64,000 bases of DNA from Mobula hypostoma (GCF_963921235.1 NC_086098.1:496001-560000), one strand, 5' to 3'. Positions 1-12,730 are shown, numbered from the stretch's first letter. Translations and numbers: made by a program. The notes: generated from the letters alone by a model not told the origin.

Positions 1-787
1 GGCCGAATCTGGAGTATTGTACATCAAAGTTGCTGGTGAACGCAGCAGGCCAAGCAGCATCTATAGGAAGAGGCGCAGTCGACGTTTCAGGCCGAGACCC
101 TTCGTCAGGACCTGACGAAGGGTCTCGGCCTGAAACGTCGACTGCGCCTCTTCCTATAGATGCTGCTTGGCCTGCTGCGTTCACCAGCAACTTTGATGTA
201 TGTTGCTTGAATTTCCAGCATCTGCAGAATTCCTGTTGTCTGGAGTATTGTGTTTAGTTTTGGTCACCAAATTACAGGAAGGATATAAATAAGGTTGAAA
301 GAGTGCAGAGAAGGTTTACAAGGATGTTGCCGGGACTTGAGAAACTCAGTTACAGAGAAAGGTTGAATAGGTTAGGAATTTATTCCCTGGAGCGTAAAAG
401 AATGAGGGGAGATTTGATAGAGGTATATAAAATTATGATGGGTATAGATAGAGTGAATGCAAGCAGGCTTTTTCCACTGAGGCAGGGGGAGAAAAAAACC
501 AGAGGATATGGGTTAAGGGTGAGGGGGAAAAGTTTAAAGGGAACATTGGGGGGGCTTCTTCACACAGAGTGGTGGGAGTATGGAATGAGCTACCAGACGA
601 GGTGGTAAATGCGGGTTCTTTTCTAACATTTAAGAATAAATTGGACAGATACATGGATGGGAGGTGTATGGAGGGATATGGTCCGTGTGCAGGTCAGTGG
701 GACTAGGCAGAAAATGGTTCAGCACAGCCAAGAAGGGCCAAAAGGCCTGTTTCTGTGCTGTAGTTTCTATGGTTCTATGGTTTCTAT
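1..787 (+). mobile_element. CR1 LINE 3' part (ORF2 C-terminus, 3' UTR, TTCTATGG tail), interrupted at 21-238
   Basis: LEYC..FWSP/QRRFTRMLPGL/RGDLIEVYK CR1 ORF2 motifs; tail ttctatggttctatgg near 765-787; nearly identical to 48800-49192 plus 50517-50677. Confidence 0.92.
21..238 (+). mobile_element. Fold-back palindromic Penelope pLTR-derived insertion
   Basis: Perfect inverted arms 21-109 and 111-199 around 1 nt; 13-bp TSD tctggagtattgt at 8-20 and 239-251; homologous to the PLE terminus at 38723-38870. Confidence 0.88.
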
Positions 788-937
788 AATCAGCTTGAGT
801 TAAACTGCTGCAGGATCCTGCCCTGTGGTGGATTGTTTCTTGTTTCTTATTTTTATTTATTGGTTTTCAGTTGAAGCTAGTAAAAGCTGAAGTATGGGCA
901 TAGCCAGGCATGCTTATTTGTCAATTACTAGGAACTT

Positions 938-1510
938 TCAGACTATTCTTGTGTTGTTTAGTATTGTGGATTTCTGAAGATTTACATAGATATTACAGTG
1001 TAGCCCTAATTGTTTAATACGATTGTGTGGTGCCTTTGGGATGACACCAGTTGTAGATATTACTATCGGGACAATGTACATCTTTTTCATGTTTAAAAGT
1101 CTTTCAATTTCCTCTTTTAAATCAGCATATTTCTGGCATTTTTCACTTATTGATTTCTGCAAGTGATGTGTGTTTGGAATGGTTATATCTATTAAATAAG
1201 TTGTTCTTGCTTATTTTTCCTGTATTGTTATATCAGAATGATTATTATGGATAGGACAATCCATATAGCCAATCAGTCAGAATATAATTTGTAGTATTCT
1301 GACTCTAAAACTGGATCAGGCTTGTATTTATAGTAAGGTGTGATTTCATTTATGCGTTTGTATTTTAAAGCAAGATTTTGATGAATGATGTTTGCCACTT
1401 GATTGTGCCTGTGTAAGTAATTAGGTTGAGTTAAATTGCTCAGTATCCTGTAATGTGTTGGATTGTTTCTGGTTTTTCTCAGCATTTTCTACATTTATCA
1501 TCCTGGATTT
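938..1510 (-). pseudogene. R4/Dong-like non-LTR retrotransposon C-terminal fragment (zinc knuckle and restriction-like endonuclease)
   Basis: Minus strand gives C..C...PETIQHI, YLHRHNQVANIIHQNL, LIDITIP, EKCQKYADL, VPIVISTTGVIPK; frameshifted. Confidence 0.75.
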
Positions 1511-2242
1511 GTTGGTCCGTTATTATAAGTGTAATGTCCTGGTTAAGATTTTTACAGCTATGCTGTCGGTATTTCACATTAGCAGTTCGGTAAGAGCAGA
1601 CTGTTCTGCTTTTAGCATGCTTGGATTTGAGCTGAAGGTAAGGGGCTATGTTGTTCAGCTTAGAAATGTTGTGTTAGCCAATCAGGATGCTGGAATTCAG
1701 AGAAAGTTCAAGAGGGCAGAGAGATTTTGGTGACAGGCCCTGGTGTAGGTCGAGGTCTCGTTGGCAGAAGCTGGGAGAAGACAGAAGGGAAGGTGGCAGA
1801 GATGAGGTCCCTGTTGCACAAGGTACTTTGTGCAGATGAATGGCCCTGTGTGGCGACCTATGTGTTTGAGATGGATTCCGATTGACATTCGGAAGATAGT
1901 GAGTCCTTTCATGCAGACTGTAGGCCCAGCATGTAAGGTAAAGACAACTTCAAGATGAGCTCCATCTGAAGACAACTTGAGCACATTTGGGGTTAACTGT
2001 AACAGGCCTTCTTTTATTTTTATCTCTTTCCTACTTACAGTTCATTTATAATTATATGCAGTGTATGATCTGTTATTTCTCGCCAATAGCTAATTGCATG
2101 GGGCAGTATTAACAGTACTCACACAGATCAAGGTTCGGGTAGTCAAGACATTTCAACTTCTTGGTTTTGGTGGGACGCAGGTCATACCAATCCTCGATGT
2201 ACAGAGTACGTACAGTGGGTGTCACAAGATGTGTCTCCAGAA

Positions 2243-2923
2243 ATAAGACCATAAGACCACAAGGTATAGGAGCAAAGGCCATTTGGCCCATGGGTCTGCT
2301 CTGCCATTCAATCATGGGCTGATCTAATTCTTCCAGTCATCCCCACACCCCTGCCTTCTCCCTATAGCCTCTGATGCCCTGGATAATCAAGAACCTATCT
2401 ATCTCTGCCTTAGATACACCCAATGACTTGGTCTCCACAGCCACTCGTGGCAACAAATTCCACATGTTTATGACCCTCTGATTAAAGTAACTTCTCAGCA
2501 TCTCTGTTCTAAATGGACGTCCTTCAATTCTGAAGTTGTGTCCTCGTGTCAGACTCCCCTACCATGGGAAATCACTTCGCCATATCTAATCTGTTCAGGC
2601 CTTTTAACACTTGGAATGTTTCTATGAGATCCCCCCACATTCTCCTGAGCTGCAGCAAATACAGCCCAAGAGCAGACAGATGGTCCTCATATAGTAACCC
2701 TTTCATTCCTGGAATCATTTTAGTGAATCTTCTCTGAACCCTCTCCAATGTCAGTATATCCTTTCTAAGGAGCCCAAAACTGCACACAATATTTCAAGTG
2801 TGTACTCACGAGTGTTTTATGGAGCCTCAACATCACATCCCTGCTCTTGTATTCTATGCCTCTAGAAATGAATGTCAACATTGCATTTGCCTTCTTCACA
2901 ACCAACTCAACCTAGAGGTTAAC
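2243..2923 (-). mobile_element. CR1 LINE 3' part; continues at 19701-21635 after the LTR element
   Basis: GTCTTATG-type tail, ORF2 C-terminal motifs; ggttaac|ttaacctt rejoins to the intact site seen near 60810. Confidence 0.88.
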
Positions 2924-3342
2924 TGTCACAAAAAACTGTGGGTCAATTGTTTAAGAAAAAATAACAAGATGGCTTGAGTCACAAAACTAGATTGAGGTGC
3001 TTTTATTTACCTCAAAACAAGACAAACACTGGGGAAAAACAATAGATAAATAAATAGCCACCCTCAGACTAAACAAAAGAAAACTAACCCCAAAGCCTTG
3101 GTAACCTGAGGCTTATAACTGCTAAGCCCCTCCCCCTAGACCAACCAAAAGCTAATTAACTCAATTATCCAATTAGAGATGGTATCCTCCAACAGCACAC
3201 CTGTGCAGGTTGCTGCTGCCTCGATATGAGACAGCTCCATGCAGCAGCTCTGTTTCAGACCCAGTCACTATTACTGCTGGGGATGAGTGTTTTACCGAGT
3301 GCGCCATGTGCCGTCCATAGTCAGTGACGGGCCTTCGTCACA
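2924..3342 (-). repeat. 3' LTR (419 bp)
   Basis: Matches split copy 7431-7599, 12881-13056, 19608-19700; TATAAG and AATAAA on minus strand; preceded by PPT aggagaggagggtggtaa (3343-3360). Confidence 0.92.
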
Positions 3343-4700
3343 TTACCACCCTCCTCTCCTGCAGCGGCAATGTTTGGCAGTCTTGACAGGAAGTCTGCTG
3401 TGATGTTCTCCTTGTCTGCTTTGTGCCACACACAGAACCTGAAAGGTTGAAGTTCCAGGTACCACCTAGTCACCCCGGTATTCCAGTCCTTCATTGTCCG
3501 GATCCAGGTCAGGGCTCTGGTCCGTCTGGAGGTCAAACTCCCTCCCGAGAAGGTAGTAGCTGAGGCTGTCCAACACCCACTTGATTTCTCGACACCTTCT
3601 CGATTGTGGGGTACCGGGTTTCACAGGGCAGAAGTTTCCTGCTGAGATATTACACAAGACATTCCTCACCTGGCTCTCCCTGAGCCAGTACTGCCCTGAT
3701 GCCTACATCTGAGGTATCTACCTGCACCAAGAAGCAGTGTTCAAAGTCAGGACTCTGCAACACGGGGGAAGAGCATAATTCCTCCTTCAGGCCCTGGAAA
3801 GCACTTTCACACTCCATTCCACAGGATTATGGGCCAACTTGCAGGTGAGGTTGGTCAATGGGGCTGCCAGGGTTGAAAAGTGAGGGGTGAACCATCAGTA
3901 CCAGCCCACTAGGCCAAGAAAAGACTGGACCTGGGTACGGGGCCTGGGGCTGTTCATAATGGGCTCAACTGTATCCACCCGAGGCCAGGCTGATACCGGA
4001 CTCTCCCCAACTGATACCCCAGGTACCGGGTTTCCTGCCTGGCCCACTCACATTTCTGCAAGTTGAGTGCAAGTCCTGCCACATTGATTGCACCTAGGAC
4101 TCGATGAAGGTGCTCCAGATGTTCCTCCCAGGTCAGGCTGAAAATGACCACATCATCCAAATAGGTGGCTCTGCAGTGCTCAACCTTGCAGCACTCTGTC
4201 CATAAGTCTCTGGAATGTGGCTAGGGCACCATGTAAGCCAAAGGGCATTACCGTGAACTGAAGGAGGCCTAGAGGGGTCCTGAATGCAGTGAGGAACTGG
4301 GACTGGCTCTCCAGGGGGACCTGCCAATACACCTTAGAGGTCCAAGGTGGTGATGTAGTTGGCTCTCCCAATCCTCTCCAGCAGGTCCTCAATCCAGGGC
4401 ATTGGGTAGGCATTGAAAAATGAGATGGCATTCAGTTTCCTAAAGTCAATGCAAATGCGAAGAGTTCCATCCTTCTTTGGCACAATGACAATAGGGCTAC
4501 TCCACTCACTTTCGCCAGTTCGATAACTCCCAGCTCCAACATCAAGCGGACTTCCTCCTTCAACAACTTCACCAGATGTTCTGGTACTCAGTAGCATGCC
4601 TGACGTACTGGACTCTGACCTGGTTTGACTCAGATGGCATGCTGCAATACATCTGTATGGCCTGGTTTCTGTGTGAACAACTGAGGGAAGGTGTCAAATA
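3343..4700 (-). pseudogene. Gypsy pol reverse transcriptase and RNase H (frameshifted)
   Basis: [60 protein letters not shown]. Confidence 0.9.
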
Positions 4701-4758
4701 TGACTTCAACCAGCTTCTTACCATCCAGGTGAGAGAGATTCACCTTGGCAGGCTGTTT

Positions 4759-5900
4759 CTAGGCCTTCACTATGCCTTCAGGGTCATCTTCCTCAGTCAC
4801 CCAGCATGCCAGTAGTGAGGTGATGGGAGGGCTGCTTCTTTCCTCCCAGGCTTTCAAGAGGTTCACATGGTAGGTTTGCTTTTGTTTCCCCTTCTCCAGA
4901 TGCAGGATCTCATATGTTGTAGGCCCCATCCTCCTTATAACCTCCAAAGGTCCCTGCCACTTGGCCAGCAACTTGCTGAATAAGGAGGGCAGGAGCAACA
5001 AGATCTTTTGACCTGGTTTGAACTCACGTTGGCGTGCCTGCTGGTCATACCACCGCTTCCGAGTCTTCTGGGCCTCCAGGAGGTTGAGTCTGGCCTCCTC
5101 GCAGTACCACTCCAACCAGTCCCTCATCTGGAGGACATTGTACAACACCTTGCCCCTCTACAGGATTAGCTGCCACCTTCTCCCAGTTCTGTTTCAGCAG
5201 ATCCAGGGGCCCCTGGACTGGCCAACCATAGAGCAGCTCGAAAGGGGAGAATCTGGTAGACGCCTGAGGCGCTTCCCTGTAGGCAGAAAGGGTAACCACT
5301 TATCGCAATCCTTCCCTGTATCAGATACAAACTTTCTGAGCATCCTCTTGAGTGTTTGGTTAAACCTCTCCACTAGGCCATTGGTCTCTGGGTGACACAG
5401 AGATGTCCTGATAGCAGTTATGCCCAACTCCTTATGCAGCTGGCTCATCAGGCGAGATGTAAAGTTGGTTCCCTGGTCGGTCAGGATTTCCTCCGGGATG
5501 CCTACACGAGAAAAGAGCTGGACAAGAGCACTGATCAGTTTTGGAGTGGTTACCGACCGTAGAGGAAAAGCTTCAGGGAATCGTGTGGCATAATCACATA
5601 CAACAATGTACTGATATCCTGCTGAGCTTTTTTTCCCAGGGGCTCCACAATGTCCTTTGCAATCCGCTTAAATGGGGTGGTAATCACTGGCATGGATTGG
5701 AGGGGTGCTCGGTCTGATTTACAGACAGCATGGGTTTTTTGACACTCTGGGCATGTTTTGCAATATGTCTGCACATCAGTGTACATTGAAGGGCAAAAGA
5801 ATCAAGAGGCCAGCCTGAGATATGTCTTATGGTGACCCAAGTGTCCTGCCCAGGGAATGGTAGGTGCAAGGTGTAGTACAAGTGACCTGCAACTACTTGG
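4759..5900 (-). pseudogene. Gypsy integrase (frameshifted), upstream of RT
   Basis: CKTCPEC zinc motif, ILTDQGTNF, HPETNGLVERFNQTLK, KWQGP (GPF/Y-like). Confidence 0.9.
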
Positions 5901-6299
5901 CACCACTAACCTCCTGTTGCCTGGCTCCTCTCCGATAAAGAATGCCGTTGTGAAGGACATACACTGAACCACCTACCTGGGCGGAGTAATTAGCAGAGGT
6001 TAAGACCTTCGTTAACAGAGACTTTAACAAAGGATCAGACTGTTGTAACATGATGTTTTCTGGCACTTCCCACTTAACATCTGACACAGCATTTTCAGGC
6101 ATTTCACAAGATAAAGGTGTACCAGCATGTTTCCCTAACCGCCGTTGCCGATGTGTCTTTCTGGGCCCTTTGGTTCCAGCATTGCACAGACAACCACACA
6201 AGTCTGGCAAAGGTTGTATCCGAGACTGAGCTCGGATTTTTGCCTGGGACCATGTAATGACAAAACAAGAGACATGCATTTTCAGTTCTGATACGGTTC

Positions 6300-6620
6300 A
6301 CGAGCGTTACAGAGACTTTTACCCCTGCTTAGGAGATCATACAGAACAGGCTAATCCCACCCCAAAAACATCTTCACTGGTAAATTCTCCACCACCCCCA
6401 CTGTCAGGTACTTCTGCCCATCTACTTCCAGTGTAAGTACCTGTGGCTACGGCTTACGGTCACCATGTACACATAAAACCTCTGTACGCTGGCTGCAGTC
6501 AATAACACAGGGCACACAACTTTTTCTTATGAATGACATAGAACTACCAGAATCACAGAGAGCAGTAACGGGTTTACTATTAACTTTTACTGGAACAGAT
6601 CTAGATTCTCCCTCCCTGTC
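6300..6620 (-). pseudogene. Gypsy aspartic protease remnant
   Basis: VTALCDSGSSMSFI active-site-like motif. Confidence 0.8.
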
Positions 6621-6679
6621 CTGGCAGTCACTCTGCTCACCTTGTCTAGGCACATAACAGTCCAGTCAGTTTTCATCTC

Positions 6680-7345
6680 TTCAGGGGGCAAACAGATGCT
6701 TTATGTCCCTGCTGCTGACAATGATAGCATACCAAAGTCTTAGTAAATGGCTAAGCAGTGTTTTCCTTGTCATTTGCCCCCCTGATTACCTTCAAAGTTC
6801 TTCATAAAGCTATCCCTGGGGCAGTTGTAGTCCCCGGAATCCACCTGTGTTGGTCGTGGCAGGGCCCCCTTTCTAGTGTTCAGGTACTGCATAGCCAACT
6901 TCGCTGCCGTCAGTCCATCCTCCAGTTCGTGTTCTCTCACCCACATCCTGATGTTTGGAGGAAGCACCTGTAGCAGCTGCTCCAGGATGATAGTCTCCCC
7001 CAGCTGATCCTTACTCCTCTGCCCTGACCACATCCAGCAACAATAGAGGCCCTTCAGCCAGTGATACACCTCTGTCAGTGTCTCCCCAGATGGTGTTGAG
7101 GTGGCCCAGAATCATTGACAGTAAGTCTCTGAAGAGATGTCAAATTTGGCCAACAGCACCTCCCTCAGGTCAGTATAACAGTAGGACTTGTCTTCATCCA
7201 CAGCCGTGCTGGCCTCCAGGGCTTTCCCGGTCAGCAGGGGAATTAGTCAACAGAGCCACTGCCATATTTTGCTATGCATTCAAAACATAGAAGGTAATTT
7301 TCAATATCCTCACCTTGCTCATACACTGGTATCTTGGGTTCCTTA
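6680..7345 (-). pseudogene. gag remnant with SCAN-like capsid domain and CCHC knuckle
   Basis: EDIENYLL; ETIILEQLLQVLPPNIRMWVREH..DGLTAAKLA; CYHCQQQGHKASVC near 6685-6730. Confidence 0.82.
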
Positions 7346-7381
7346 CACTGGACTGCTGGTGGGGGGGTGAACAGAAGGATT

Positions 7382-7428
7382 CTCCAGTCTCTATGGAGGT
7401 ATGGGTTCAAATCCCACCACTGCCACCA
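7382..7428 (-). other. Extended primer-binding site complementary to the tRNA-Leu 3' half including CCA
   Basis: Plus strand ctccagtctctatggaggtatgggttcaaatcccaccactgccacca resembles vertebrate tRNA-Leu(AAG/TAG) from position 38 to CCA; lies 2 nt from the 5' LTR edge at 7431. Confidence 0.85.
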
Positions 7429-7733
7429 TATGTCACAAAAAAAACTGTGCATCAATTATTTAAGAAAAATAACAAGATGGTTTGAGTCACAAAACTAGAT
7501 TGAGATGCTTTTATCTACCTCAAAACAGGACAAAAACTGGAAAGAAAACAATATATATAGCTACCCTCAAACTAAACACAAAAGAAAACCCCAAAGTCTG
7601 TCTGTCTGTATCTTGTTTTATGGCGGTTGGCATCCAGCTTACCGCCACCCTCTGCTCCAGAATGTGCAACACACACACACACACTTCACCCTCCCATCTT
7701 TGACCGTCCTAGTATCCTATTCCTGTTTATTCG

Positions 7734-10700
7734 TCATATTCTATAAAAAACCCCTGTACCCCTTAAAAACGCTAATTATACCCGGACTTGTGCTCTCTCA
7801 CCCATGCCCAGCAACCCTTTAAATGTGAATTCCTGCATCCCCAACTCCCTTAATTTATTTCTCATCATCTCTTTCTGTATCCCATACTTCCTGCAACTCA
7901 GAACTACATGTTCTACTGACTCCTCTTCCTGACATTCCTCACACAATCCTGTCTGGTGTTTCCCTATCATTTTCAATGTTTTGTTTAATGCACAGTGGCC
8001 CAGCCTTAACCTAGTCCACACAATTTCCTCTCTTCTGTTTCCATTACCTACCCTAGTAACTGCAATACTCTTTTGTATTTGATATAAATGCCTCCCTTTC
8101 CCCTCCCTGTCCCATCTTTCTTGCCACATTTGGTTGACTTTTTCCCCAGATTACACACTTAACCTCTGCTTTACTGATACTAATGTGCATTTCCACATTT
8201 TCTTTCTTTAACACCCTCTTTGCCAACTCATCCACCCTCTCATTCCCCTTCACCCCTACATGTGCTGGAACCCATAGAAATTTTACCTGATCTCCCTGAT
8301 TTGCAATTCTTGTAACTAACTGAAGGACTTCATAAAGTACATCTTGCCGACTGTTTGTGTGAAAAGACCTTAAACTTGCTAGAACTGAGGATGAATCTGA
8401 ACATATCAATGCTTTGGATGGTCTGGCTTTCTGCACCCATTGCAACGCAACCAACACTGCCAGCATCTCCACTGTAAACACCCCTAACTTATTAGATGTT
8501 CTTCTGCTGATTCCAATTTCTTTTGCTGGTATTACCACCCCAAACCCTGTCACTCCTGTTTCAGGTTCCTTCGCACCATCTGTATAAATGTGAGTATAAT
8601 CACTATACTTTTCCATCACATGACAGTTAAATGCATTTACCAAATCTGTTTTATATCTTTCTTTCCTTTTTACCTCTAACAAATGCCAGTCTATGTCAGG
8701 CCATACAAGCTTCCATGGAGCTACAACCGGATAAACTACTGAAGGACTTATCCTCAGATCAAACACTCCACATTCTTTCGCGATATCATTCCCTACCCGA
8801 CTAAAGGTATCCCTCTGAAACCTCCCATTTTCCCAGCACTCCTGCAACACTCCTTTAGTAGGGTGAGAATCATTGTGCCCCTGCAAGTTAGCCCAGTAGT
8901 TTGCCATCAGTTGCATCCTTCTTAGTTCCAAAGGCATTATTCCCATTTCTACCTGTAGGGCTGACACTGGTGACGTTTTAAAAGCCCCACTGCACACTCT
9001 CAAGGCCTGAGCCTGAATCACATCCAGTTTCCTTATAAGAGACCTAGCTGCTGATCCATATACTATATTTCCATAATCCAATACAGATCTTACTAAAGCC
9101 ACATACATTCTCTTCAAAGCTGAACAACTTGCTCCCCATTCCCTACCAGTCAAACATCTCATCACATTTATTACTTTTTTACATTTCTCCTCAACTTTCC
9201 TGATATGGTCTGCCCATGTTAATCGTGAATCAAATATAACTCCCAGAAATTTAAATGATGCAACCCTTTCTAATTCAACCCCATACATCCTTAACTTCTT
9301 CCCTACCTCAACCCTTTTCCTGGTAAAAAAATACAGTTTGAGTTTTATCTACTGAAAATCTACATCCCCAATCATAACCCCACTCCATCACTTCATCAAT
9401 TGCTTCTTGTAGTTTCCTGATTATATAGTCCATGTTCCTGCCTCTTTTCCACAAGGCCCCATCATCCGCAAACAGTGACCTACCTATATCCACTGGTACC
9501 TTTGTGAAGACATCATTGATCATAATCATGAAAAGTAATGGGCTAATCACACTACCCTGAGGTGTGCCATTTTCCACTATGTAGTGTTTTGATAATTCTG
9601 ATCCAATCCAAACTTGAAATTTTCTACCAAACAAAAAATCTTTAATCCAATTAAAAACTCTCCCACCAACCCCCATCTTGTGCAGTTTAATTAATAATCC
9701 TTCCTTCCACATCATATCATAGGCTTTTTCAATGTCAAAGAACACTGCCACTACTGACTCTCTATTTGCCTGGGCCTTCCTTATTTCAGTCTCTAACATA
9801 ATCACTGAGTCCATGGAATTCCTTCCCTTTCTAAAATCACTCTGATAACTTGCCAGCATTCCCCTTTTCTCAAGCTCATATGATAACCTTTCTGTTATCA
9901 TCCTTTCCATTATCTTACATATACTTGATGTTAATGCAATTGGTCTGTAGCTAGTGGGTTTTGACAGATCCTTGCCAGGCTTCCTTATTGGAATTACTAC
10001 TGCTTCTTTCCATGCACTTGGTAATCTTCCCTCCTCCCACACTCTGTTATAAAAATGCAGCAACTTCAAGAGCACTCCTTCTCCTAGATTTTTTAGCATC
10101 ACAGAGCATATCAGATCTTTCCCTGGGGAGGTTGGTCTCGATCTCTTTATTGCTCTCACCATTTCTGCTAATGTAAATGGATCATCAATTATATCATCTG
10201 TTCCTTCCCTCCTGCTTAACACACCTGGGTGTTGGTTCATTATTCTTTCCCTCCTTCTTCTCCCTTCTTCAGACAAATTTTCTGAACTGTGTATCAGTAC
10301 AAATGACTTGGCCATGACCTCAGCCTTATCCCTACTGGAGACTGCAGTTTCCTCCTCAGATATCATTACTGGATGTTCCCATTCCCTTCTATCTCCTCCC
10401 ATCCTCTTAATCATTCCCCATATCTCTCCCACAGGTGTTGTTCTTCCTACCTTGTCGCAAAAACTCCTCCAACTTGCCCTTTTAGCTTAACGTATAGTTC
10501 TTCTCACCATTGCCTGTGCTTTCTTATATTGAACCAAATGCTGCATATTATGGGTTCTTTTAACTAGCCTGAATGCTCTTTCTGTTTTTTACAGCCTGAC
10601 AACATTCCTCTGTCCACCATGGTACCAGTTTTCTATTCATCCTATTTTTACTCCTAGGTATAGACCCTTCTGCTGCCATGATAATTGCTGAAGTCACCTG

Positions 10701-11489
10701 ACTGTTTAATTCATCTACATTTCCAGAAATATCAATCTTTGTCAACCCTTCTTCACTCAACTTCTGGAACTTACCCCAATCAGCTTTTTCAAACACCTAC
10801 TTTGGGGTTCCGCCACCTGGTCTTACTTCAACTCTTTCACCCATTGAACACAAAACTGGGTAGTGATCACTGCCTACTGTTGAAGCAGTCCAAACTCCCC
10901 AGTTACTAATGCCAGCCAAGGTATTAGACACTAACGTAATATCTAACACTGACTCAGTTCCTGTTGTTATATCTATCCTTGTGCCGCTACCATCATTCAT
11001 ACACACCAAATACCTTTCTTCCATCAAATCTTCAATTACCTTTCCATTTGGATCTGTAATCTGATCCCCCCATATTGTGCTATGAGCATTGAAATCTGCA
11101 CACCACACTACTTTATGTCTGTTTTGTCCTTGTATCTTTAATAGGCTGTCCAAATCCAACCTTTTACATGGATTGTAGTAGTTAATTATAACCACTCCCT
11201 CCCCTCTCTCCCACACTTCCACCACTATGTATTCCTGATCATCTCCTTTCTCCAGTACCCTATATGGTATACCTTGCTTGATTAACATAGCACAACCCCC
11301 TCCTCCCCCTAGATTTCTATCTTTCCTTATCATTGTGTACCCATATACCACAAAGTCTAAAGTTGGTTTCAACCAAGTTTCCTGAATACACACTACATCC
11401 GGTTTTACAACCATTTCTTTAATAAAGTGCTTGAATTCCTGGCTATTGGCCAGTAAGCTCCTTGCATTCCATTGTAAAAGAATCACCAT
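7734..11489 (-). pseudogene. Nimb/I ORF2 (APE endonuclease, RT, RNase H, CCHC), several frameshifts
   Basis: LQWNARSL/IQETW/SDH; PQGSVISP/FADD; IYTDGAK/WVPAHVGVKGNERVDELAK; CEEC..ESVEHVVLSC. Confidence 0.92.
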
Positions 11490-11497
11490 AATTAGTA

Positions 11498-12730
11498 TTA
11501 ACCAACAGATGACACTTCCTGGCTTGACTGATTACTGAGGTTCTCCCTCACTTCCTCCCATGTCAGTCCTACGAACCCTAAATGGTTTACTGCTGCTTTT
11601 ACGACCAGCTGAATTTTGTCACTTTTTGACTTTACCTCAGCAGTACTATTAATCACTCCTGCAACGAATGTTACTAGAGCCTTTTTGTCTACACAAATCC
11701 TGTCATTTGTTCTTTGTTGCATCTCTCGTATCCCTGTTGCTCCCTGTTCATTAGGAGCATTATTCTGTTCTCTTGACATTCTTACAGCTTCTGCATAAGT
11801 GATCTTTCTTTTCACTCTTATTTCTTGAATTTTAGTCTCCCGTCTCACAACCTCACACCCACTATATGCAACATTATGAGCTCCTCCACAATTGCAGCAT
11901 TTTGGTTGAACTCCTGTTCCGCACTTTCCATATTCATGATCACCCCCACATCTAGCACATCTCCTCTGCCTTTTACAGCTTTTAGCCACGTGTCCAAACC
12001 TTTGACAATTATAGCACCTCAATGGCTTTGGCACATACACCCTTACTGGGTAACTCATGAAACCCAGGAACACCTTCCTTGGCACTCTTTCTTCTTCAAA
12101 TTTAATCAATACTGATTCACTTTCCTTTTTCACTCCCTCCTTTGTTGTTTTCAGTCTTTGAACATTCATTACTTTCCCTCCTTTGATATTCCTCTTGATC
12201 TCCTCCATATTTATACTCATTGGTATCCCCATGATCACTCCTTTACAACCACTGTTTTGTGCTCCCACCCTCCCAGTGTATTCCACCTTGCATTTTCCTA
12301 TCTCTTTTAGCTTGAGTGCTTTCTCAAGTTGTTCCTCATTCGCACATCTTACCAATACATTGCCATCATTAAGGACTTTTGCAAATACTATTTCCCCTAT
12401 CTTATTTGTCAGAGTTGTTGTTAGCACAAATGGGTTAATTTTCTTCATATGTCCCTGAGCCTTCTCATTAAACCTAATTATGACAACACCTCCTCTCTGA
12501 GCTTGTTCATCTTCCTCACTTTCAGAGCTTTCTCCACCATCATTTCTTATTCTTTTATTCCCTTTGTCTTGGTTTTTATTCATCCAACCCCTCACTACCT
12601 CCTCATTCCCTTTAATTCTCCCTTCACAATAATCCACCTCTCCCCAGCTGCCTACCTCTGGTCCCAAGTCTCTATCCCTCTCCTTCTCTACTTTCTTTCC
12701 CTCAACCCCACCTCTTATCTTGTCCACCAT
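11498..12730 (-). CDS. Nimb/I ORF1, gag-like nucleic-acid-binding protein with three zinc knuckles (open)
   Basis: CYNCQRFGHVAKSC, CARCGGDHEYGKC, CCNCGGAHNVAYSGC; likely start MVDKIRGG; ORF2 ATG lies 8 nt after the stop. Confidence 0.82.
   Translation of the reverse strand: MVDKIRGGVEGKKVEKERDRDLGPEVGSWGEVDYCEGRIKGNEEVVRGWMNKNQDKGNKRIRNDGGESSESEEDEQAQRGGVVIIRFNEKAQGHMKKINPFVLTTTLTNKIGEIVFAKVLNDGNVLVRCANEEQLEKALKLKEIGKCKVEYTGRVGAQNSGCKGVIMGIPMSINMEEIKRNIKGGKVMNVQRLKTTKEGVKKESESVLIKFEEERVPRKVFLGFMSYPVRVYVPKPLRCYNCQRFGHVAKSCKRQRRCARCGGDHEYGKCGTGVQPKCCNCGGAHNVAYSGCEVVRRETKIQEIRVKRKITYAEAVRMSREQNNAPNEQGATGIREMQQRTNDRICVDKKALVTFVAGVINSTAEVKSKSDKIQLVVKAAVNHLGFVGLTWEEVRENLSNQSSQEVSSVG

Noticed and set aside
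21..199. DNA-transposon MITE
   Set aside because: 13-14 bp TSDs, asymmetric ends and homology to the PLE terminus indicate retrotransposition
30..257. 75-aa ORF and its twins at 45115-45391
   Set aside because: By-product of the palindromic repeat; no protein motif
1530..2004. Possible solo LTR (TG...CA)
   Set aside because: No matching TSD (taag versus ggcc) and no second copy in the window
6770..7069. Host SCAN zinc-finger gene
   Set aside because: Lies within gag between LTRs, is frameshifted and has no C2H2 array
7382..7428. tRNA-Leu gene
   Set aside because: Only the 3' half is present, with encoded CCA and next to an LTR, so it is a PBS-derived copy
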